DNA of 64,000 nt from Thermoplasmata archaeon (GTDB lineage: Archaea; Thermoplasmatota; Thermoplasmata; Lutacidiplasmatales; UBA184): the NCBI GenBank assembly GCA_021802125.1, contig JAKAAX010000001.1, forward strand, positions 173,652 through 237,651, in the 5' to 3' direction. The notes under the pieces are model-generated. The model was not told the origin of the DNA. It saw nothing but the letters and a program-made list of their open reading frames with translations, and did not search any database. Shown piece after piece: positions 1 to 8,700 of this stretch; the first letter of the stretch is position 1; every line of letters starts with the position of its first letter. A program made the position numbers and the translations under genes.

Positions 1-1
1 C

Positions 2-1180
2 GCGATCGCAACGCTTCGGCTTGGTCTCTCGGGCCACCGCGCCGAGGCCTGGCGCTCGATGCTCCGGGGGATCCGCGTGGAGAGGGATCGGCGCGCCTCT
101 CCTCGGTCCACCCCCTTCGACGGACCCATGGGGGGGAACGGGGCCCGGGAGCTCGCCCGGAAGCGCTTCTCCTCCGGACGGTTCACGGTGCACGACCTGC
201 AGGACTACCTGCGGTGCCCGTACCGCTTCTACCTGGAGCGCGTGCTCCGCCTCCAGGGCCCAGAAGAGGTGACCGACGAGGTCGACCGGCCCGCCGTCGG
301 CAGCGAGATCCACCACCAGCTCTTCGTCCTCCAGGACTCGCTCCGGGGCACGGATGGAAAGCTCACGGGTCTGACGGAGAAGGAGGCCCAAGTACGCGGA
401 CCGTCGCTCCAGACCCAACTCCGCACGTTCCTGGACACCCTCCGACCCAGGACCCCCGACCTCGAGACGCTCACCGTGCGATTCCTCGGGACGGGCGGCG
501 CAGCGGGGCGGAGCGGGATCGCAACGCTCCTCTCGCAGCTCGTCGAGGACCAGAGCGTGGTCCGCAGCGCGCACCTCGAGCTTCCTTTCGACGACCGGGA
601 ACCTCGATCGGGATCGGACATCGATCCCCAGCTTCGGCTTCCCGCGCTCCCGCTCGGCGAGGTGGACAGCCTGCACCCCGTTCTCGTAGGGCGCATCGAC
701 CGTCTCGGCTTCGGCCAGGGGCGGAGCTCCGGAGTCGTCATCGACGACTACAAGACCGGACGGTCCCGACCGAAGGACCAGGATGCGGCTCGAGAGGCCG
801 TACCCACCGGGCTCGAGCTCCAGCTCCCGTTGTACATGGCCGCCGCCCTCTACGGGCTGCGAGAGAAGGACCCCTCCGTCTTTCCCCTGGGGATGCGCTA
901 CCTGTGGATCTCCTCCGCCTACGAGACGGGCTTCGTATCCCTCCTCCGCCTCCCCCAGAAACCGCGTGAGGAGGCCCGGCAGCGCGAGCGCGGGGTCGCC
1001 TATGTGGAGATCGCGCTCCGGCACGCTCAGAACGCCGCGCAGGGCATCCTGCTCGGACGGTTCCCCATCAACGGCCGCTTCGCCTCGGCGGATGGCGGCT
1101 GCCAGTTCGCCGGCTACTGCGGTTTCGCACAGGGGTGCCGGTTCAACGGAGCACGGTTCGCGCTGAGAGGGGTCTCATGA
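2..1180 (+). CDS. AddB-like PD-(D/E)XK nuclease subunit, C-terminal part (5'-truncated by window edge)
   Basis: Frame is open back to position 2. CPYRFYLERVL, GRIDRL...IDDYKTG and LQLPLY are RecB-family nuclease motifs; C-terminal CQFAGYCGFAQGC. ATGA overlap with the downstream UvrD-family gene. Confidence 0.8.
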   Translation, partial: AIATLRLGLSGHRAEAWRSMLRGIRVERDRRASPRSTPFDGPMGGNGARELARKRFSSGRFTVHDLQDYLRCPYRFYLERVLRLQGPEEVTDEVDRPAVGSEIHHQLFVLQDSLRGTDGKLTGLTEKEAQVRGPSLQTQLRTFLDTLRPRTPDLETLTVRFLGTGGAAGRSGIATLLSQLVEDQSVVRSAHLELPFDDREPRSGSDIDPQLRLPALPLGEVDSLHPVLVGRIDRLGFGQGRSSGVVIDDYKTGRSRPKDQDAAREAVPTGLELQLPLYMAAALYGLREKDPSVFPLGMRYLWISSAYETGFVSLLRLPQKPREEARQRERGVAYVEIALRHAQNAAQGILLGRFPINGRFASADGGCQFAGYCGFAQGCRFNGARFALRGVS

Positions 1181-4100
1181 GTCCCGAGCCGCTTCCCCGC
1201 TCCTCTCCGTCGCGCCGCCCCCCCGTTCGCGACCATCCGCCTCCCGCACGGGAGACACCGACCTCCCGCACCGCACCTTCAGACCCGGTCCTCCCCGCGT
1301 CCCACCAAGGGCCGGTCCTTCCCCCGCCCCCACCGCCCTCCCTACCTCCTCCGCCCCCTCCCATTTCCCTTCCTCCTCCTCCCCCTCCACCGCCTCCGCC
1401 TCCGCCCCCACCCCCACCGCCACCCGCACCTCCTCCCCCGACGACCCCCGACGCGGCGCTTCTGGTGGCGGACCTGACGTCTGACGTGCTCCTCACCGCC
1501 GCGGCCGGGACCGGGAAAACGCACGCCCTCGTCGGCCGATACCTATCCGCCCTGGGAGATCCCCGGGAGGCGGGCGGACCTCCCGCGACCCGGGTCCCCA
1601 CGCTGGTGGCGATCACCTTCACGACCGCTGCGGCGGCGGAGATGCGCAAGCGCGTGGAGGCCGCGGTGCGCCAGACGGCACGCCAGTTCCCCCCCAAGTC
1701 CGAGGCTCGACAGACCTGGAACCGGGTGCTGGACGTGCTGCACGCGGCCCGGATCTCCACCATCCATGCGTTCTGCGCTTCCCTTCTCCGGGAGCTCCCC
1801 CTGTCCGCGCGCGACATCGCCGGCGTCGTCCCGGGGTTCGATGTCCTCGACGCGACGGAGGCGAACGCGCTGCGGGAGGAGGCGTTCCGAAGGACGCTCG
1901 TCCGCCTCCAGAGCGAGCGGGGAGCGCTGTGGCAGTCCTACGTGGCGTTGGCGGCCGAGCGTGGGGTCGCCGACGTCGCTGAGATGGTCCGTATCCTCGA
2001 GGAGCATCGGTTCGCGACCACCCCAAAGGCCCTGATGTCGGAGGCGGGGTCCGGGACCGCCCCGAACGGCCCGGGGGGTGGCCAGCCTGCGACATCGGGC
2101 GCGCCCCTGGAGACCCTGGGGAAGCTGTGGGAAGCGGTGCAAGAGAGCTACCGTCGAGCGAAGCAGGAGCGTGGGGGTCTCGACTTCGACGACCTGGAAG
2201 AGGCCGCCCTCGCGCTCACGGGCGACCCGAGCACCCTCGCCGAGCTGAGGGGTGGCATCCGACATCTGCTCGTGGACGAGTTCCAGGACGTGAGCAAGAG
2301 GCAGCTGGAGCTGCTCCTCCGGCTCCGGGGCTCCGATCCTCCCATCCGCCGGGCCCTCTTCGCCGTGGGGGACCCCAAGCAGTCGATCTACGCCTTCCGG
2401 GGGGCCCGAGGAGCGCTCGAGGGTCTGCGCGGGGCCATGCCCGGCCTGCGCGAGGGTCGCCTCGACCGCACGCGTCGGTTCCGCGACCCGCTCGCAACCT
2501 TCGTCAACCGGCTCTCCAGCGTCCTGCTCCCCGCCGAGGCCATCGGGGGACGGTACGAACCGATCCTCCCCGCCGAGACGGCGACCGGTGGCGCGGGATC
2601 CTCGACGCACGTGGACGTCGTCTGGCTCGAGGGACCGCTTCGGGCGACCCCTACCGCAGGCCGCGACGAGGTCCGCAAGGCCCTCCAGCAACGCTTCCTC
2701 GACCCATCGCTCCCCGGTCCGGTACCGGCCGACGAGGGTCTGGAGCACGCCGAGGCTCGCTTCATCGCCGGTTGGGTCGTCGACCGCCTGGCCGCGGGAG
2801 AGACGGTGCGGCCGTGGAGACCGGACGACGGGGACCTCCCGCATCGGCTCGGGCCGGGGGACGTCGCCCTGCTGCTCTCCTACCGCAGCCACGAGGAGGA
2901 GTACGTCGCCGCCCTGCGCGAACGCGGGCTCAAGGTGGTGACGCACCCCGGTGCGGGGTTCCACGGCCGTTCAGAGGTCCAGGACGTGATGAACCTCCTC
3001 GCCGTCCTCGCGTGGGAAGGCGACGAAGCTTCCCTCTACGCCCTGCTGCGCTCGCCCTTCTTCGCATTCTCGGACGAGGAGATGGCCGAATGGTTCCTCG
3101 CCGCCGAGAGCTCCGGCTCCCTTTCCGAGGCCTTCCGACACCGCGCTGCGGCGTCCCCCGGGTCTCGGGAAGCCCGGTCCCTGCAGTTGATCGAGGGCTG
3201 GCGGGCCCGGCGGGAGCGGACCCCGCCCGCGGAGCTCCTCCGCGACGCGTTGGACGACGTGGGGGCCTGGGGAACGTTCGCCGACGACGGCCGGGGAGGG
3301 CGGGCCCGCGCCAACGTCGAGAAGCTGCTGGACACGATACGCGAGCTCCCTCGCTCGGGGGTCGTCGGCCTGGCCGCCGTCCACCGGTACCTGCTCGAGC
3401 TCCAGGAGCGGGAGGCCGACGAACCCGAGGCCGGGGTCGAGCTTGCGCGCGACGCGGTCAACATCATGACCGTGCACGGGGCGAAGGGGCTCGAGTTCCC
3501 TCTGGTCGTGGTCCCGGGGCTCCAACGTCAGTGGAGCGCGCCGCGAGGGGCCCTGCTCGTCTCCCCAACGGGGAAGGTCGCCATCGAAGCTGGACCGGAG
3601 GAGGAAGGGAAGGAGGTGGGGAGCGGAGCCCCGGAGGAAGGGGAGCCTGCGGCCAAAGCCCCGACCGGAGCGAACGGGGCCCAGGCGGGGCCCGGCGGGG
3701 CCGCGACCTACGAGGAGGTCGTCGCGGCGCTCGCACATGACGCGGAGCTCGAAGCGCGTCGCCTGCTCTACGTGGCGGTGACCCGGGCCCGCGATCGTCT
3801 CCTGCTCACCTGCGTGCAACGCCGAAGCGCCGCGGGAGCTCCCCTCTCGTTCTCGCGCGAGCCCTGGCGCCGTTGGCTGGACGAGGCGTTCGGGTTCGAC
3901 GCGACCGTCGAGCGGGAGATCGCGTCGACGGAAGGCTGGCGCTTCCGTCGTCTCCCCTCGGCGGCCGCCGAGACCGCCCCACTTTCGAAGGATGCGACCC
4001 CGCTCCCGCTTCCGAAGTGGGTCGAGGCCGCCGACGCGCCCGGGGGCGAGGCTGCCCTGCCGTCCGAGGGAGGGACGGGGACCCTCCCCTTCGCCGAGAT

Positions 4101-4980
4101 CCTGGAGCCGGGAAAGCTCCTGCGCGATCACCGACGGGTGCCCTTCACCGTGACCGAGCTCGACCTCCTGCGCCAGTGCGAGGCACGCTGGTGGGCCTGG
4201 CGGAACGGAGCGGAGGACCCTCGGGCGGGTCCGCGTCCGGACGACCTGGAGGAACAGCTCACCCCCCTAGGGGGGAGCGAGGAAGGGGAGGACGCCGACG
4301 GGGACGCGAGGGGCGGCGCTGACTCGGCAGAGGAACGCAAGCGGCTCGGGATCTCCCTCCACACCGTGCTCGCTCAGGGTCCTCCGTGGGACGATCCGCG
4401 CCTGCCCGACCTTGTCGACCGGGCGCTTCCACGCTCGATCGCGGACCGGGAACGCCGGGTCGGGGAGCTCACCGAGGCCGCGAGGTGGGCGTTGCGACAG
4501 GACCTGTCCACCCCCGATGGCCCTCCTCTCCGAGAGGAGCCCCTGGCGCTGATCGTCGGGGACGCGGTCGTGTGGGGACGACCTGACGCCGTCTTCCTCT
4601 CGCCCGCCACCTCGCTGGTCGAGGACTACAAGGGCGGTCCCACGCGTGCGCCCTCCCCCGAGGTGCTGCGCACGCAGCACGGGTTCCAGCTTGGTTGCTA
4701 CGCCCTGAGCATCCGTCGTGGACGACGACCGGTCCACGTCCGCGTGGTCCTCCCTCGCGCCAAGGGGATGCTCGCGTGGGAGCTGACCCCCTTGGACCTC
4801 GATGCGCAATCGGAGGAGCTTCAGCACCTGGTTCGCCGTGCGATCTCCATCCTCGACCACGAGGCGAGTCCGACCCCGTGTGGCCGGGACGACTGCCCTC
4901 ACTGCTTGGCGAGGACGGCAGCCGTTCCCGTCGCGCCCCCCTCGACCCCCGCACCCTTGTCTTCCGATCCCGGCGCGTAG
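1177..4980 (+). CDS. AddA-like UvrD/SF1A helicase with C-terminal RecB-type nuclease
   Basis: AAAGTGKT, VDEFQD, VGDPKQSIYAFRGA, MTVHGAKGLEFP, LYVAVTRARDRL; nuclease GRPD...EDYKG...QLGCY. Start chosen at the ATGA overlap. Poly-Pro N-terminus. Confidence 0.88.
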   Translation: MSPEPLPRSSPSRRPPVRDHPPPARETPTSRTAPSDPVLPASHQGPVLPPPPPPSLPPPPPPISLPPPPPPPPPPPPPPPPPPAPPPPTTPDAALLVADLTSDVLLTAAAGTGKTHALVGRYLSALGDPREAGGPPATRVPTLVAITFTTAAAAEMRKRVEAAVRQTARQFPPKSEARQTWNRVLDVLHAARISTIHAFCASLLRELPLSARDIAGVVPGFDVLDATEANALREEAFRRTLVRLQSERGALWQSYVALAAERGVADVAEMVRILEEHRFATTPKALMSEAGSGTAPNGPGGGQPATSGAPLETLGKLWEAVQESYRRAKQERGGLDFDDLEEAALALTGDPSTLAELRGGIRHLLVDEFQDVSKRQLELLLRLRGSDPPIRRALFAVGDPKQSIYAFRGARGALEGLRGAMPGLREGRLDRTRRFRDPLATFVNRLSSVLLPAEAIGGRYEPILPAETATGGAGSSTHVDVVWLEGPLRATPTAGRDEVRKALQQRFLDPSLPGPVPADEGLEHAEARFIAGWVVDRLAAGETVRPWRPDDGDLPHRLGPGDVALLLSYRSHEEEYVAALRERGLKVVTHPGAGFHGRSEVQDVMNLLAVLAWEGDEASLYALLRSPFFAFSDEEMAEWFLAAESSGSLSEAFRHRAAASPGSREARSLQLIEGWRARRERTPPAELLRDALDDVGAWGTFADDGRGGRARANVEKLLDTIRELPRSGVVGLAAVHRYLLELQEREADEPEAGVELARDAVNIMTVHGAKGLEFPLVVVPGLQRQWSAPRGALLVSPTGKVAIEAGPEEEGKEVGSGAPEEGEPAAKAPTGANGAQAGPGGAATYEEVVAALAHDAELEARRLLYVAVTRARDRLLLTCVQRRSAAGAPLSFSREPWRRWLDEAFGFDATVEREIASTEGWRFRRLPSAAAETAPLSKDATPLPLPKWVEAADAPGGEAALPSEGGTGTLPFAEILEPGKLLRDHRRVPFTVTELDLLRQCEARWWAWRNGAEDPRAGPRPDDLEEQLTPLGGSEEGEDADGDARGGADSAEERKRLGISLHTVLAQGPPWDDPRLPDLVDRALPRSIADRERRVGELTEAARWALRQDLSTPDGPPLREEPLALIVGDAVVWGRPDAVFLSPATSLVEDYKGGPTRAPSPEVLRTQHGFQLGCYALSIRRGRRPVHVRVVLPRAKGMLAWELTPLDLDAQSEELQHLVRRAISILDHEASPTPCGRDDCPHCLARTAAVPVAPPSTPAPLSSDPGA

Positions 4981-5002
4981 CCCCGGTCCGAAGGGCGCCC
5001 AC

Positions 5003-5701
5003 TCACCCCGAGACGATCCCCGCGTCGGTCAGACGGAACGTGGCGACGCCACCGTCGGGGAGGGACCGGTGCTTGAGCAGGACGGCGCGGCGCCACCCCT
5101 CCCGGGCCCGCTCGAACCGCAGGATCGTCTTCGCCACGTGATTGAGGAACGAGCCACCGATGGGCTCGAACTGGCGGGTCTCGACATCGCGCCAGACCTG
5201 GTTCGTGATGAGAATCGGGATCGCACACTCCAGCCCCGCGTGCAGCAGGTCCGCCATCTGGACCGAGAGCGACTGGCGCGCCACGCCCTCCTCCTCCATC
5301 CCCAGCTGCAGCCGGTAGAGGAGCGTAGCCGAATCGACGATGACGAGACCCACCCGACGCTCCTGCTCGACGGCGAGCGAGCAGGCCCGCTCGACGGCGC
5401 GCTCCTGCTCCTCCAGGGTCTTGGGAGAGGTCAGCAGGAGCCTGCGGACCACGCGAGAGAGGTCGGTGCCCTGCCCTCGCGCCACTTGGTCCAGCCGGTC
5501 CAGCGAGAGGCCCTCGGTGTCGATGTACACGACCCAGCGGTCCGAGAGCGCGGTCCGGGCGGCCATCCACAGGCAGAAGTTGGACTTCCCCGTCCCACCT
5601 TCCCCGAAGATCTCGGTGATGGCCCCCTCCTCCAAACCTCCGGCCAACAACGCATCCAGGGAGCGGATGCCGGTGGGGAGCCTGCCGAGGTTCGGGGCCA
5701 C
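5003..5701 (-). CDS. radB: DNA repair and recombination protein RadB
   Basis: LPTGIRSLDALLAGG, GEGGTGKS, YIDTEG, IVDS, ITNQV and the RadB basic patch KHR; 232 aa with no RadA N-terminal domain. Confidence 0.92.
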   Translation of the reverse strand: MAPNLGRLPTGIRSLDALLAGGLEEGAITEIFGEGGTGKSNFCLWMAARTALSDRWVVYIDTEGLSLDRLDQVARGQGTDLSRVVRRLLLTSPKTLEEQERAVERACSLAVEQERRVGLVIVDSATLLYRLQLGMEEEGVARQSLSVQMADLLHAGLECAIPILITNQVWRDVETRQFEPIGGSFLNHVAKTILRFERAREGWRRAVLLKHRSLPDGGVATFRLTDAGIVSG

Positions 5702-5797
5702 GGACCGCCCGCACCGTGGTGCGGCGCTTAAGGACGGCGACGGGGAGGGGGACGGCCCCTATCCCGGACGCCGTGACCGCGGTGGGGCAGCAGGGCC

Positions 5798-8700
5798 CTA
5801 CCTGGACGACTTCCCTCCGAACGGGTCGGGAGCGACCTCGTCGATGGGACGCCCGGCGGGAGCGGGGGCACGAGCGGGGGCGGGAGCTGGCGCGGGAGCG
5901 GGGGCGGGCGCAGGTGGAGGTGCGGCGGGGGGCGGGCTAGAGGCCGCCGCGGCGCCAGCCCCGGCTCCGGCTGCAGCGCCCGCGGGGACCGCGACGTCCG
6001 GCGGGAGGGACCCGCCTGCCGACGGCCCATACCCCGGGGCTCCCCCGGGCGGAGGGCCCGCGTAGCTGGCGTCCCACGCGGGGTCCTGGCCCTTCGGGTG
6101 CTTGGGCCCACGGTGGCGACCCACCGCGATCGCCACGATGCCCGCAGCGATGGCCGCGACCACGAGGATGAGCAGCAGCGCCCACATCGGGATCGGGCCC
6201 ACCATCGAGTTCAGGAACCCGCCGTTGCCCGGCGAAGGCGAGGACCCGCCGTTCACCGCGACGGGAACGTTCGCCACGCCCGAGTGACCGGCGCTGTCGT
6301 TGACGAACAGGACCGCGTTGAACGCCCCCGACGTGTTGTAGACGTGCGTCGGGTCGGCCGCGGCGCTCATCCCACCGTCACCGAAGTGCCAGCTGTAGAC
6401 GTACGGGCCCGTCCCCCCCACGATCGTGGAGGTGAACGAGACCGCCTGTCCGACGTTGGCGGGGTTGGGGGATGGGGCCAGGTTGACCGAGAGGGCGCCT
6501 GCGGACTGGACCGAGACCGTCGCCTTCCCCGACGCCGTGCTCGACGCGGAATCGGTCACCACGACGGTCGCCGTGAACGTCCCCGAACGGGTGTAGGTGT
6601 GGCTCGCGACGCTGCCGGTCCCTGTCCCCCCGTCCCCGAAGGTCCAGGCGTAGGTGTAGGGGGGAGCGCCGCCAGAGCCGGAGCCCGTGCACTGGACGGA
6701 GAGGGGCGCGGGGCCGCTCGCCGGGGAACAGGAGGCGGTCGCGGCGAGCGCGCCGGAGGTGGGGCTCACCGTGAACGGGGCCGAGGTGCCGCGGGCCGTC
6801 ACGCCGTTCGCGTCGGTCAGGACCACGGTCACGGTGTACCCGGTCCCTGCCGCCGTGGGCGTGCACGAGTAGCTGGTCGTGGTGGAGGTCGAACAGCCGA
6901 AGAGCGCCGTGGACGCGCTCCAGGTCAGCTGGTCGCTTCCGGCCCCTGGGTTGGTGACCGTCGTGGTGAAGGTGACGGTCCCGCCGACCTGGACCGACGA
7001 GGGGCTCGGGGCGGGGGTGCTGAGGGACGGGTCCGGGCTGACCGTGAACGGCGCCGACGGGGAGCTCACCGAGAAACCGTTGGAGTCGGTCAGCTTGAAC
7101 GTCGCCGTGTAGGTCCCCGCGGTCACCGGTACGCAGGTGATCGAGGTGGATGCGGTGTTGGGGCAGCCGAGCCCGGTGCCCGGGGAGATCGTCCAGAGGA
7201 GCACGTCCCCGCCGGAACCGATGGAGGACACCGTAGAGGAGAAGGTGACCGTTCCGCCGACGTCCACGCCGCCCACGCTGGCGACGGGTGTGGTGATCGA
7301 GGGGTCCGCGGACACGACGTAGGTGGCGGAGGAACTACCCGTCTTGGACGCGGAGTCCGTCACCGTCACACCCACCGTGTAGGTTCCTGCCGCCGTGGGG
7401 ACGCAGGTCCAGGTGGAGGTGGCGGAATTCGAGCAGCCGAGCCCGGCCGACGGGGTGGAGGACCACGCGTAGGTGTAGGGGGCGGTCCCTCCCGACGCCA
7501 CGGTCGTGAAGCTGACCGTCTGGCCGACATCGACGCTGGTGGGGCTCCCCACGGGCGCGGTCACGGAGGGGCCCGAGCCGGCGCCGCCCGAGACCGTGAG
7601 GCTCGCGGAAGTGTTGGACCCCACGCCCCCGTTCGAGTCGGTCACCTTCGCGGTGACGGTGTAGGTCCCGGCGGTCGTGGGCGTGCAGGAGATCGAGAGC
7701 GCGTTGGCGCTGGTGCACCCGAGGCCCGAGGCGGACTGGGTCCAGGAGTACACGTCCGACCCGGATCCCGAGAGCCCCGCGGTCGCGGTGAACGTGAAGG
7801 CCGTTCCGACCACCGGCGCGGTGGTGGACGGGGCAGGGACCCCGACGGTCGGGGTCGGGTAGACGGTGTAGGCGGGGGCCGACCCCGTCCCGGAGTTCCC
7901 GTTCTTGTCGGTGACCTTCAGGCTCACCGTGTAGACGCTGGAGGCGGTGGGGGTGCACGTCAGCGTGGCCCCGGTGAGCGAGCCGCACCCCAGTCCCGTG
8001 GCGGGGGCGGTGCTCCAGGAGTAGGTGTAAGGCGTGGTCCCCCCGGAGACGCTGGGTGTGAACGTGACCGACTGTCCCGTGTCCGCGCTCGAGGGGGAGG
8101 CCGTGATGCTTCCGACGCTGGGGCCCCCGGTGGACCCGCCCGTCGCGCCCCGTACGTGGATCATGACCGAGTTCGAGGAGCCCGAGTTCGCCCCCTGGGT
8201 CACGGTGACGGTCGGCCAGTAGATCCCCGGGCTGGTGTAGGTGTGGGTGGTCCACGCAAGCGAGGTCGTGGCGGTCCCGCCGTCCCCGAAGTTCCACGCG
8301 TAGGAGTATCCCGTGAGCGGCGAGGAGCCGCCGGTGACGTCCGCCCCGAAGTCCACCGCGAGAGAGGTGTTCCCGAACGTGACGTTCGCCGCAAGGAAGG
8401 CGGTCAAAGCTCCGAAGGCGCCCGTGTTCCCGTTCTGGGAGGCGAGGAACATCGCGAGCTTGCCGACGTCGGCGCTCCCCAGCCCGGTCACCGGGTCCCA
8501 TCCGACGGTCGTGGTGTATCCGAAGCCCGGTGGGGCGGTCCCATGGATGTTGTTCCCGACGACGACGTCGTGCATCGCGACGTCGTAGTTCGCTCCCTTC
8601 GCGATGGTGTAGAGGTTGTAGTTGGCCATCCCCTGGGGCTTCGGCGTCGAGCTGTTGTATTGCCACATCAGGTCGAGCATGGCCGTGTAGGTCGGGCAGG

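Noticed and set aside
2-1180. Cas4 or anti-phage nuclease interpretation
   Set aside because: The frame extends upstream and is coupled to an AddA-like helicase; no cas or defence context.
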